This document shows, piece after piece, positions 17,533 through 26,940 of a stretch of DNA of 64,000 nt. The stretch comes from an uncultured Candidatus Saccharibacteria bacterium (GTDB lineage: Bacteria; Patescibacteriota; Minisyncoccia; UBA6257; 2-01-FULL-56-20), in assembly GCA_964361095.1 (NCBI GenBank), contig CAYHZA010000003.1, forward strand, positions 31,773 through 95,772, read 5' to 3'. A program made the translations under genes and the position numbers. Every line of letters begins with the position of its first letter. Within the stretch, counting starts at the first letter, position 1. Under the pieces are notes generated by a model. That model saw only the letters and a list, made by a program, of their open reading frames with translations. It was not told where the DNA came from and searched no databases.

Positions 17533-17597
17533 GCCAGTGTTGTCTAAATATTCAAGCTACCGTGTGGCGAAGAACATTGAGCCACAACAGTGAGCAT

Positions 17598-17745
17598 CCA
17601 GCCCCACTTTTGAGAGAGGCGGTAAATCGACGTTTTAATTATAATGGCAGAAATTTTCATTGTTTTTATTTATCTACGATAACATAAAAAAGTGGGGCTG
17701 GGTAAGGTTTTGTTCATAAATTTCTTCAAAATTTATACAAAGCCC
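17598..17745. repeat. MITE-like inverted-repeat element, copy A
   Basis: CCAGCCCCACTTTT ... AAAAAGTGGGGCTGGGTAAGGTTTTGTTCATAAATTTCTTCAAAATTTATACAAAGCCC. A near-identical copy lies at 20136-20281. It sits in the rplQ-rpoA spacer. Confidence 0.55.
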
Positions 17746-18501
17746 TTATTTTTTCTTTTTTTTCTTGGGAGCAGCGCCTTCTTCCTTCGGGGATTCTTCA
17801 AACGCCTCAACCGTAACAACGCCTACCTTCTCAAAGTGATCCTTTAAGATATTCGCCGCTTTATGAAGCGCCGCCGAAGGACTCACGGTACCATCCGTCT
17901 CGATATCCAATCGTAAACGGTTGTAATCAGTCCGTTCGCCAACGCGCATATTTTCTACTACATAATTTACCTTGGTTACCGGCGAAAAATGCGCGTCAAT
18001 CGCGATTGCGCCAATGCCAAGCTTTTCGTTCGTGCGCGTTTCAACTGAGGCATATCCTAATCCTCTCTCAACAACGATTTCAACATCAAACTCGGCATTT
18101 TTTGCCGTTAACGTCGCAAGTACTACCTCCGGATTTATCACTTCAACCTCGGCATCTGTCTTTATGTGACCCGCCGTAACAACCTGAATTCCCTTGACCT
18201 TCAAAGTTAATATCTTTGGCTCGTCCGTATGCATACGAAAACGTATCGCTTTAAAATTCAAACTTACTTCAACCATGTCCTCTTTTATCCCTTCGGACGT
18301 GGCAAATTCGTGCGGTACCCCCTTGATCTTTAGTTGGGTAACCGCAGCCCCGGGGAGCGAGGAAAGAAGCGTCCTGCGGAGGGAATTTCCAAGGGTCAAT
18401 CCATATCCCGCATATAAGCCATCAACTTCAAACACGCCATGTTTCGCATCCTGCGAAACGGTTTTAATATTTACTGTTGAACTTAAATGTGTGTATTCCA
18501 T
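17746..18501 (-). CDS. rpoA: DNA-directed RNA polymerase subunit alpha, N-terminal domain only (no alpha-CTD)
   Basis: Alpha-NTD homology throughout. The protein ends ...VTVEAFEESPKEEGAAPKKKKKK at 251 aa, versus about 330 aa for full-length alpha. Confidence 0.85.
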   Translation of the reverse strand: MEYTHLSSTVNIKTVSQDAKHGVFEVDGLYAGYGLTLGNSLRRTLLSSLPGAAVTQLKIKGVPHEFATSEGIKEDMVEVSLNFKAIRFRMHTDEPKILTLKVKGIQVVTAGHIKTDAEVEVINPEVVLATLTAKNAEFDVEIVVERGLGYASVETRTNEKLGIGAIAIDAHFSPVTKVNYVVENMRVGERTDYNRLRLDIETDGTVSPSAALHKAANILKDHFEKVGVVTVEAFEESPKEEGAAPKKKKKK

Positions 18502-18627
18502 AAATGTAGTATTTTTTTAATAAGCATTTCTTCCCCTTTGAGCGCTCGACATTCTAACCGTCTCGCGGAATAAGGAAAGAATGAAAGTGTTCCTTATGAT
18601 ATCTAAAAAAGACAAAGAAGTAAAGGG

Positions 18628-19245
18628 TTATTTTGAGAATGATTCGACCAGCAAATTGACGTTAAAGGGCAGTGCGACATTGTCGGGAAGCGACAAAACT
18701 CGACCTTCCATTTTGTCTTTGTCCACAGAAAGCCATGCTGGTCCGTCATAATTCTTAAGACGCTCGGGCAACATTTTTACCGCGCCGAGATTTTTTGATT
18801 CCGGGCGGAATGACATAACATCCTTCACGCGCACCAAAAAGCCCGGCGAACGCGTGCGCTTTCCGTTCACGAGTACATGACCATGCACGATGAGCTGATG
18901 TGCCGCCGATCGAGACGGAGCAAATCCTATGCGGAAAAGTACGTTATCTAAACGACGCTCAAGGAGTTCGATAAGTCGAGCGGATGTTGAGCCGGAATAC
19001 TCGGCTGCTTTTTTAAAAATATTCCGAAGTTCCTTCTCGTCAACGCCATAGCTTACTTTAAATTTCTGCTTTTCTTTAAGCTGTTGACCGTATTCGGAAA
19101 GAGCTTTTCTCTGACGCTTGTGTCCGTGCACACCGGGGCGATATGGCTTTCGAACCAACGCGCACTTCGGCGAATTACAACGATCCCCCTTAATCTGGAG
19201 ATGCTCACCAAGTGAACGCTCTTTTTTTTCTTTTGCGCGAATCAT
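18628..19245 (-). CDS. rpsD: 30S ribosomal protein S4
   Basis: CNSPKCALVRKPYRPGVHG ... S4 domain RLDNVLFRIGFAPSRSAAHQLIVHGHVLVNGKR. Confidence 0.9.
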   Translation of the reverse strand: MIRAKEKKERSLGEHLQIKGDRCNSPKCALVRKPYRPGVHGHKRQRKALSEYGQQLKEKQKFKVSYGVDEKELRNIFKKAAEYSGSTSARLIELLERRLDNVLFRIGFAPSRSAAHQLIVHGHVLVNGKRTRSPGFLVRVKDVMSFRPESKNLGAVKMLPERLKNYDGPAWLSVDKDKMEGRVLSLPDNVALPFNVNLLVESFSK

Positions 19246-19254
19246 TGTATGTAG

Positions 19255-19707
19255 TTAAACTCTTCGTACTTTTCGAGGCCGAGGACCGTTATGCGGAATC
19301 GGAGTAACATCTTTAATAGAAAGCACGTTAAACCCGTGATTAATAATGGATCGAATGGCGGCATCACGCCCGCTACCGACGCCACTTACGATAATATCGA
19401 CATCAATCGGGCCACTCGCTTTAATCCGCTCGGCAATCGCGGCAATGATCTTAGAAGAAGCGAACGGTGTTGCTTTTTTTGGACCGGAAAATCCCAATGA
19501 TCCCGCCGATGCCCACGTAACCAAATTTCCCGTCATATCGGTAACACTCACCAAGGTATTGTTATACGATGCTTTAATATAAATCCTTCCATTCTGAATT
19601 TTCTTCCCTTTCTTCGAAACGCTCAAGGGAACTTCCTGCGCGACACTCGAGGATTTTTCCTTTACCACAACATCGGATTTTTTTTCGGCAACTTTTTTCT
19701 TTCCCAT
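19255..19707 (-). CDS. rpsK: 30S ribosomal protein S11
   Basis: GRIYIKASYNNTLVSVTDMTGNLVTWASAGSLGFSGPKKATPFA... Confidence 0.9.
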   Translation of the reverse strand: MGKKKVAEKKSDVVVKEKSSSVAQEVPLSVSKKGKKIQNGRIYIKASYNNTLVSVTDMTGNLVTWASAGSLGFSGPKKATPFASSKIIAAIAERIKASGPIDVDIIVSGVGSGRDAAIRSIINHGFNVLSIKDVTPIPHNGPRPRKVRRV

Positions 19708-19708
19708 G

Positions 19709-20092
19709 TTATTTCAATTCTGTTTTACGTTTTCCGCTACCGGCCGTTTTTCTCACATTCCCTCGCACAGTACGCGAGTTCGTTTTTGTGCGCTGTCCAC
19801 GAACAGGAAGACGCCGCATATGACGAGTGCCGCGATATACCTGTAATTCTTTGAGTCGCTGGATATTACGGCGAATAACCTGGCGCAAAGCACCTTCAAC
19901 TTGAAAATTTTTTTCGAGATGATTTTGAATTTTATTTACTTCTTCCGCGGTCAACGCCTGCGCTCGTTTATTCCCGTCAACCTTGACCGAATCCAAAACG
20001 CGGCGACTTAAAGAAATGCCAACACCGTACAAATACGTCAGCGCGACTTCTGTTCTTTTATTATCGGGAATGTTTACACCAAGAATACGCAT
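19709..20092 (-). CDS. rpsM: 30S ribosomal protein S13
   Basis: MRILGVNIPDNKRTEVALTYLYGVGIS... Confidence 0.9.
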   Translation of the reverse strand: MRILGVNIPDNKRTEVALTYLYGVGISLSRRVLDSVKVDGNKRAQALTAEEVNKIQNHLEKNFQVEGALRQVIRRNIQRLKELQVYRGTRHMRRLPVRGQRTKTNSRTVRGNVRKTAGSGKRKTELK

Positions 20093-20135
20093 GCCAATTT
20101 TATACGATGCGAAGCGAGTAGCTAAAATTGAGCAC

Positions 20136-20390
20136 CCAGCTCCACTTTTTATGAAGGCGCTCGAACGACCCTTTTGTGGTAATGGCGGAAATTTTCATGG
20201 TGTTATTGGATGGTGTCATGGTAAAAAGTGGGGCTGGGTAAGGTTTTGTTCATAAATTTCTTCGAAATTTATACAAAGCCCAGCTCCAGTTTTATACAGA
20301 TATAGTTTTCAGGATATATTACCATAAGGATGTAAGTTAGATGTTTCTTATATTCAACTCTTTTTGCAAAACTGGGGCTGGGCAAAGCCC
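20136..20390. repeat. MITE-like element copy B (20136-20281) plus a nested or partial second copy (20282-20390)
   Basis: Shares more than 90% of a roughly 60-nt terminal block with copy A. The second sub-element has CAGCTCCAGTTTT / AAAACTGGGGCTGG inverted termini. It fills the rpsM-rpmJ spacer. Confidence 0.55.
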
Positions 20391-20504
20391 TTATCCTTGC
20401 CGTTGTTTATGTTTCAGTGTTTTGCAAACGACATAAAGACGACCGCGCCGTTTTACGATTTTACAATGTTGGCAAATTTTTTTTATGGAACTTCGGACTT
20501 TCAT
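20391..20504 (-). CDS. rpmJ: 50S ribosomal protein L36
   Basis: Manual translation of the minus strand gives [37 protein letters not shown] (37 aa). The ORF track misses it because of its size. Confidence 0.85.
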   Translation of the reverse strand: MKVRSSIKKICQHCKIVKRRGRLYVVCKTLKHKQRQG

Positions 20505-20507
20505 ATA

Positions 20508-20729
20508 TTACAACCTTCGAACGATTCTCCCGCGACGGCGATCCGGACCCAACTCCACAAGCACCCGATCTCCCGGCAAAACTCGGATATAATGTAATTT
20601 AAGCTTTCCGGCGAGATGCGCCAATACCTCTTCTCCCGCGGCAAGCCGAACGCGAAATGTAAGAGCCGGTAGTGCCTCTTCGACAAACCCCTCTTCTCTT
20701 TGAGGAAGCGGTTTATGCGGAGTGTTCAT
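20508..20729 (-). CDS. infA: translation initiation factor IF-1
   Basis: [53 protein letters not shown], an S1-like fold. Confidence 0.85.
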   Translation of the reverse strand: MNTPHKPLPQREEGFVEEALPALTFRVRLAAGEEVLAHLAGKLKLHYIRVLPGDRVLVELGPDRRRGRIVRRL

Positions 20730-20892
20730 GAAAACATGAGAAGAACAGCGCCGTTCGCCCTCGAGGAGGTTTTGAAAAAGATGGAATAATTGGTTACAGA
20801 AAACACGTTGTGAATTAAAAAAAGCCGCGGAAAACCAGCTAAAAAAGTATAAGGGATGGGCGCACCAAAGTCAACGGGCATCATTTCACCTC

Positions 20893-22581
20893 TTATTGCA
20901 CGGTAACGCTTATCCGCTTTGGGTCCATGGGAGCCCGGAGGAGCCACGTTGGCCAAAAAAGAACCTTGGCTTCTTTAAGTTCCGTGAGTTTGGCGAGTAA
21001 TGAGCGAATATCACTCATCTTCTTGCCGGTAATGTTTGTCGTGAAGTCATTAACATTAAGTACTGGGGCCAATACTCCTTTTGTATCTACAGAAAAACGT
21101 AATTCCCCTTTTTCGAAGTTAAGAACGATTTCCCTATAGTCAAAATCCAATGAACGAAACTGATGAGCCGGATATTTGTCATTACTCAACGATTCAAATA
21201 CGCGACGGAGGTCTTCCTCATGAAAACCGACGGCTCGAAGCGCGGCTTCTCCATACACCACAAAGTTTCCCTTTTCATCTACGTTCTTATTAGGCGAAAG
21301 TGTAGTGATTTTAAACTCGCGGGCGCCTTCGAGAATCATAAAATCTTTGGGAAGTTTGTTTAAAATATCGGTTTGGAAAGTTCCCTTGAGAACCGTATTA
21401 ATCTTCTCTTTTGCTTTTGCGATATCAAGATCGGTAACCGTCGGACGCTCGCCGAGAAAACCTCCCGTGGCGGGCTCTTTCATCGTCGCATAAAATCCTT
21501 CATACTTCGGAGATCCTTTGAGCCCGGGAATCGTGAGACGCTCCGCTGGCTGAACGTTATAGCTCGGACCGGGCGCGTCGGCGGTTACTAATGCTTCAAT
21601 ACTTGAAGAAGCTAATTTTCCATTTTGTTTTGTAGCGCCGGGAATAATCACCCCTGTATTCAATCGAAATATTTTACCGTCAGGGGTCATAAAACGCGTG
21701 GTCGCGACAAGTGATTGCGGGTCAGTTCCAAATTCATTAACAATCACGATTCGCACGGCCGCTTTCTGTGAAACGCTTTTCTTGACTCCCGTCGCGGGGA
21801 AGGGTTCAGCAATCGTACGTTTCTGACTAAAAACCTCCGCGGGAATCGTCGAGGATTGCGCGCTTGCCGCGCTTACTGTTTTTGAAGCCGTAATACTTTG
21901 AGTGGATTCCCATGGAGTCGTCTTAAATACAACCGTTACCTGCACACTGCCAAAAAACTTTGCTACAACCCATACACCGATTAGCCCAAGGACAATTATG
22001 CCGAAAAATCCCAGAACGATCGGCCGACGGAAGAATGGCTTTTTCCCCTCTTCGTGAACATCCGCCGAAGGTAGTATCGCCGAAGAATGATACTCGGGGC
22101 GATCGATCCTCTCAGGAGCCACATTCGCTTCGTGGCTATAAAAAGTCTGCGGATTGTACAATCGAGGTTTTTCTTCCTTGGGGAGCTCCACTTCAACTGT
22201 TTCGATTATTTCTTTTGGCTTCACTTTTTTTCCTTTCTTCGCAATGCTTTTTTCTTTAAGCGCGGCGGCAAATTCGTTCGGGGCCCCGCTTGCGACAATA
22301 TCCGATACTGCTCGTTCGGACCCGCTTCGGCGAAACAAAGGATGGATCGCCTCAATATCTGCCGCTTGCGAGAACGCGAGAATTTCTTCATCAACCGATT
22401 CAATAAGAATACTTTTCCCCGCGGCGGCGGCTTCGCGTTTTATAAGATGGAAGTTACTCATCGATTCTTTGACGAGCGCGGCGCGAGGAATAACAATAAC
22501 GACCTCTTCTTCCGCGGCCTTGATTATTTTCTCAATGATCGAAGCAATTTCTTCCGTTTTATCAATAAATAATTTGATCAT
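20893..22581 (-). CDS. hypothetical single-pass membrane protein, possibly pilus-assembly associated
   Basis: 562 aa: cytoplasmic N-domain, a TM helix (IVLGFFGIIVLGLIGVWVVAKFF) and a large C-domain. Last gene of the pilin operon. Confidence 0.35.
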   Translation of the reverse strand: MIKLFIDKTEEIASIIEKIIKAAEEEVVIVIPRAALVKESMSNFHLIKREAAAAGKSILIESVDEEILAFSQAADIEAIHPLFRRSGSERAVSDIVASGAPNEFAAALKEKSIAKKGKKVKPKEIIETVEVELPKEEKPRLYNPQTFYSHEANVAPERIDRPEYHSSAILPSADVHEEGKKPFFRRPIVLGFFGIIVLGLIGVWVVAKFFGSVQVTVVFKTTPWESTQSITASKTVSAASAQSSTIPAEVFSQKRTIAEPFPATGVKKSVSQKAAVRIVIVNEFGTDPQSLVATTRFMTPDGKIFRLNTGVIIPGATKQNGKLASSSIEALVTADAPGPSYNVQPAERLTIPGLKGSPKYEGFYATMKEPATGGFLGERPTVTDLDIAKAKEKINTVLKGTFQTDILNKLPKDFMILEGAREFKITTLSPNKNVDEKGNFVVYGEAALRAVGFHEEDLRRVFESLSNDKYPAHQFRSLDFDYREIVLNFEKGELRFSVDTKGVLAPVLNVNDFTTNITGKKMSDIRSLLAKLTELKEAKVLFWPTWLLRAPMDPKRISVTVQ

Positions 22582-22590
22582 AGGTATACC

Positions 22591-23781
22591 TTATGCATGC
22601 ACCGCGCCAAGCCAATGAAGCCGCCGGCGAAGCCAGTGGTTTACTTGGCTATCACTCTTATCCTTATCATAATAGAATTCGACGAAAGGCGCGAGTCTTC
22701 CAAAAAGCTCGTTCTGAGGAAAAGACCGCCCCTTTTCGTCAAAACGGAATCCAAGCTTGGTCATAAGAAGCTCGAGAGGCGGGGCATCAACATGAATGCC
22801 TTCGCGACGTTGAGGCAAAGGAAATGGGAAAGGCTCATCGCTATGGAGAAAAATAACTCCTTTCCCCGATTTCCATCTCTTTAAATGCCCAAAAAGCCCC
22901 TTAACGGCCGGCTGTATCATGCGGGAAACCACGTTCTCCGTAACGGAAGAAAGTTGTTTTTCGCGATACCGATTATATATTAACCTCGCAACCGCCTCGC
23001 TTATCCCCCATTCCGAACGAATCGCGTCGGTAAAAGACGTTGCCGACCATGCAAACTCCTTTTGTAAAAAGGCGTAACCTATCGGGGCTTGTGTAATTGT
23101 CGCAAAGAAAGAGCGCGCGGAGCGAAGGGCGGCAAACGAAACCGGAGCGTCGTGCACCCTCAAAAGAGCGGCGAACTCAGACCTCGTACTATCCGTAATA
23201 TAACAATCTTTTTTTTCGTCGAAAACAGGCCGAAGTTCTTCGTAAAGAGGACGTGCCACAAAGGTAAGTTCGATCATCCCCTGTACCGCCCGCGCGCGAA
23301 AACCGAGCGGATCGATCACGGCGTGGCCATCAATACGAAAGTGTTGAACGCGGCTCCCGACAAGCACGGCGTCCGTTTCACCGCACTCCAAAGAACGACT
23401 CGCGCTTTCGCGATACTGATTAAAGAGCTGGCTTACGGTTTTCCCTAAAAAGTTTTCAAGCTCCGCGGATTCAACCGGACTCCCCACGCTTCCCCGCTTC
23501 ATAGTAAAAGGAATGCGCGCGGTGAACGCAAGCGCGGGATCGAGAGAAACGATTGTGCGCCACCGACTCCGCGTCCGAAAAAATGCCGCGGCGTTCCTCG
23601 CTGAAAAAAAATCAGCGAGGCAGATCGTATTCCACGATTTGAGAAACCGCAATGTTTTATCCTCGTACAGCGCGAGAAGTAATCCTCGAACCGCGCGAGG
23701 AGTGACCTCAAGAAGAAAGAACTTTTCCTTTGGTTTTCTAAACGGAGAAAATTGCACGTATCCTAATTCTATCACAAACAC
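22591..23781 (-). CDS. hypothetical protein (PilM/FtsA-like actin-fold guess)
   Basis: 396 aa, immediately downstream of two pilin-like genes. The assignment rests on context and is weak. Confidence 0.3.
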   Translation of the reverse strand: MFVIELGYVQFSPFRKPKEKFFLLEVTPRAVRGLLLALYEDKTLRFLKSWNTICLADFFSARNAAAFFRTRSRWRTIVSLDPALAFTARIPFTMKRGSVGSPVESAELENFLGKTVSQLFNQYRESASRSLECGETDAVLVGSRVQHFRIDGHAVIDPLGFRARAVQGMIELTFVARPLYEELRPVFDEKKDCYITDSTRSEFAALLRVHDAPVSFAALRSARSFFATITQAPIGYAFLQKEFAWSATSFTDAIRSEWGISEAVARLIYNRYREKQLSSVTENVVSRMIQPAVKGLFGHLKRWKSGKGVIFLHSDEPFPFPLPQRREGIHVDAPPLELLMTKLGFRFDEKGRSFPQNELFGRLAPFVEFYYDKDKSDSQVNHWLRRRLHWLGAVHA

Positions 23782-23862
23782 GGATTATCCATGCCGAATA
23801 TCACCATGCACAAAAGCATAAATTATTTATATATTTTCGTTATAACCAAACAAAGAAAAAAG

Positions 23863-25455
23863 TTAATTCGGCAGAATAGCCACCCCGAGAATCGAAGAAA
23901 TTGCTGAACCGCTGAATGTCCACGACATTTGTGTCGTGGGGCCATTTTTCGTACTTCCACCACCCTTCGCGTTTGTGGCGGCATCAGACCACCGCGACAC
24001 TTGCCCGGAACCCGGTGATACCACGGAAACGCCCGAAACAACTACATCTTGTACGACCTCACCTGCATTGCTGGTAATACTAAGTATTAGCGAGGTGCCA
24101 CCACCGGTTGAAGCCTGAAAAAGTCCCCCAAGCGGAGTGGTTTGATTAACTCCACTCCATGACGTGGCGCCAGTCACAATAGACACAGCAGTCGACGCGG
24201 TAAATACAATATCATTCGTACCAACAACGGGGTTCACGAGATACCACAGCTCAACGCGATGATTGCCCGCATCATTTCTAAAACCTTTCTTCGTAAGAGG
24301 AACCCCTCCATACGTCATTGAGGTCACGGGGCTCCCAACGCTCGACATTGAAACCCCAACCATCAGAAGACGGTTGGTCCCATTTGAAATAGTATGTTGC
24401 CACGTAAGACTGGTCGCATCTATTGTTGTTTTCGCCGAGCTCGTCGTATCAAATACTATCCCGGCAACCGGAGCATTCACGGTAAATCCGCCGGGAAGCA
24501 TGCCGGGCGATCCTCCGGAATTTGTCACCACCACATCCCACGCGCCGGTTGCAGATCCCGCAAGGTTAAAGGACCCTCCGTTTATTGTCGTACCGTTCGC
24601 GACAGTAAACCCGGAACCGATAATATCAGTCTGGCCGGTTTTCGAAAGCTTTACACTCGCTCCGGATTGGAAATTAGAGCCGGTAATGGTCGTGATACTT
24701 ACCGTTCCGTTATTTGTTCCGATTGATGGAATAATCGTTGAAACAGTCGGTGTAGGAATGGTCACCGTAGACGACGGCCGCAACGATGTCGTAACAATCG
24801 TGAGATCAGTACCCGTTTCAAACACTCCGTCAAGAATACCTCCATCTTGTTTTACGATATCAATATATTTCTGAGATTCCATAGCGGCGGTAAATTCAAA
24901 AGAACCGCAGGTATAGGTGTAATAGAATCCTGACGCAAAGGTGTTCACCGGATCAAGCGGCAACTTCGTAAGAGGAGGCTGGACATTAATAGCCGATTGC
25001 CTTAGATCAACGGGAATCCAACCGGTACTGTCAACGTTCGCAGCCACGCTTTGAGGAACACGTACGATAGTCCACCCCGAAGGCGGTGTCGGTGTTGTCT
25101 CGCCATTATCCGAAGGAACCGAAACGAATAATCTTTTATTTGCCGGCACGTCATTGATACACGAATCAGTCTCGGCGCCAGTCGGAGGAGTGGGGTAACT
25201 TGGACCATCCAAATCCAAAGTGCCCCCTTGCGCCGTAATAATCGAGAATGCCCTTGCAAGCGTCTTTACGTCATACAGGCGGGTGCTGTCCCGCGCCTGG
25301 CGCAAAAGCTCCGCGGGATTCAAGGTCAAGATCACTACAACGGAGAGCACCGCGACAATGCCGATGACCACCAAAAGCTCGATCAACGTGAACCCTTTCA
25401 TATTTTTCTTAAAAAAGTTTTGGCTGATAGATTTTTTCTTTTTCATGTTTTTCAT
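23863..25455 (-). CDS. type IV pilin-like protein with a large C-terminal domain
   Basis: Prepilin leader and cleavage motif KG|FTLIELLVVIGIVAVLSVVVIL. The probable start is the internal MKGFTL near 25401. Confidence 0.7.
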   Translation of the reverse strand: MKNMKKKKSISQNFFKKNMKGFTLIELLVVIGIVAVLSVVVILTLNPAELLRQARDSTRLYDVKTLARAFSIITAQGGTLDLDGPSYPTPPTGAETDSCINDVPANKRLFVSVPSDNGETTPTPPSGWTIVRVPQSVAANVDSTGWIPVDLRQSAINVQPPLTKLPLDPVNTFASGFYYTYTCGSFEFTAAMESQKYIDIVKQDGGILDGVFETGTDLTIVTTSLRPSSTVTIPTPTVSTIIPSIGTNNGTVSITTITGSNFQSGASVKLSKTGQTDIIGSGFTVANGTTINGGSFNLAGSATGAWDVVVTNSGGSPGMLPGGFTVNAPVAGIVFDTTSSAKTTIDATSLTWQHTISNGTNRLLMVGVSMSSVGSPVTSMTYGGVPLTKKGFRNDAGNHRVELWYLVNPVVGTNDIVFTASTAVSIVTGATSWSGVNQTTPLGGLFQASTGGGTSLILSITSNAGEVVQDVVVSGVSVVSPGSGQVSRWSDAATNAKGGGSTKNGPTTQMSWTFSGSAISSILGVAILPN

Positions 25456-25460
25456 AAGGA

Positions 25461-26816
25461 TTACTTCGCTGCGTTATAAATCGCGGATACTTCGGCGGCG
25501 GTAAGGGCTCGGTTATATACGCGGAGCTCGTCAAATGTCGCATTGACTACCGGATTACCTCCGGAGATACGGTCTCCGATACTATACCCAAGGTTTGTTT
25601 CGGGAACTATGCTCGTTATTGATGTCGTACTAAAAACCAATCCGCCGTTATTGTACAAACTCGTCGTCTGACCATTCCAAACGACTGCAACATGCGTCCA
25701 TAACGGGGAAACAGCACCGAGCCCCGTTAGGGCTTTGTAGGAAGCAGAGTTGTGATAATACTGGACATTATCCGAATCGGTTCCAAACGCAAATCCGTGC
25801 TCGTTAAACGGAAGTGTCGAATAGTAATCACCGTAAATAAATCCGGCGGCAGAAGTTCGAACAACCCATAAACTCATACTTATGGAACTCGACGCGTAAA
25901 GAGATGGGCTGTTTGCAATTTGCGCGGCACACGACACTCCGCAACTCGCACCATTGAACCTCGCCGCGCCGCCGACTTTTCCCGTAACCCATGTCCACGT
26001 TGGCGTAGCCAAGAAAGCATGGTTGCTGTTCCCCGAAGTATCGGCAATCGTACTTCCGCTTCCGTCGTCAAACTTCCAATAACCGACCAGTCCCGTCGCT
26101 TGCGTCCATAAATTCACGCTGTTTCCGACTTCAAAACGGGTGGGATCGGTGCCCCCGTCGCCTGCCGAAGATAACTTAATAAATTTTGACGACTCAAGAA
26201 GCGCCGAGGCGATCACAAAACGCCCGTCGGCAACATAGCTGTAATAATATCCCGAAGTGGTGCTGTTTATCGGATCGATCGGTAGCGCGGAAAGCGGCGA
26301 TCCAGCCGAAAAGGTTTTGAAATTTATCGGCACCCACCCCGTACCATTAACACTCTGCAACGTTGAGGACGCGGTGCAGTGATATTTCCATCCCGGAGGA
26401 AGTGTCGAGGGTGACGGACCAACCCCAGTGCAATCGGTCCCCGCGGTCGTCGTGGCATTCGGATCAGCAATCGAAATATACACCGTCTGACTCAAGCCTA
26501 ACGACTGCTCCACACCATAGATTCCCAAGGCCTTACCCAAACTATTCATCTGCGCGAGGCGTTTCGTATCGCGCGTTTGGCGAAAAAGTTCAACGGGATC
26601 CAACACTAAAATAATGGCTACGGAGAGTACCGCGATAACGCCGATTACAATTAAAAGCTCAATCAGGGTAAACCCCGTTAGAGAATGATGATTTTCTTTA
26701 TTTTTCCGAAAGTATCGGGGTCTATCCCAGTACTCCAACTTCTCTAACGGGGTAAATCCCCTTTTTCGATTCCCCATGCCTCGCAAAGACAAAAATTGCA
26801 TAAATAGTATATTCAT
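25461..26816 (-). CDS. type IV pilin-like protein with a C-terminal LamG/ConA-like lectin domain
   Basis: TG|FTLIELLIVIGVIAVL prepilin motif. The C-terminus (RFNGASCGVSCAA...LWTHVAVVWNGQTTSLYNNG...FDELRVYNRALTAAEVSAIY) is a LamG signature. Confidence 0.7.
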   Translation of the reverse strand: MNILFMQFLSLRGMGNRKRGFTPLEKLEYWDRPRYFRKNKENHHSLTGFTLIELLIVIGVIAVLSVAIILVLDPVELFRQTRDTKRLAQMNSLGKALGIYGVEQSLGLSQTVYISIADPNATTTAGTDCTGVGPSPSTLPPGWKYHCTASSTLQSVNGTGWVPINFKTFSAGSPLSALPIDPINSTTSGYYYSYVADGRFVIASALLESSKFIKLSSAGDGGTDPTRFEVGNSVNLWTQATGLVGYWKFDDGSGSTIADTSGNSNHAFLATPTWTWVTGKVGGAARFNGASCGVSCAAQIANSPSLYASSSISMSLWVVRTSAAGFIYGDYYSTLPFNEHGFAFGTDSDNVQYYHNSASYKALTGLGAVSPLWTHVAVVWNGQTTSLYNNGGLVFSTTSITSIVPETNLGYSIGDRISGGNPVVNATFDELRVYNRALTAAEVSAIYNAAK

Positions 26817-26940
26817 TATACAATCTCGCAGAAATGTGGCAATGCGGACTTATGCCCTACTGAGCAGAGCCGTACACCGACTAAACTTCGACGCTCGAAA
26901 GAGCACGATTATAAACCCCTCATTCGTCTATTCTACCAAA

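Noticed and set aside
20364-20602. Plus-strand ORFs 20364..20597 and 20417..20602
   Set aside because: They are antisense to rpmJ (L36) and the infA 3' end, which are clearly the real genes.
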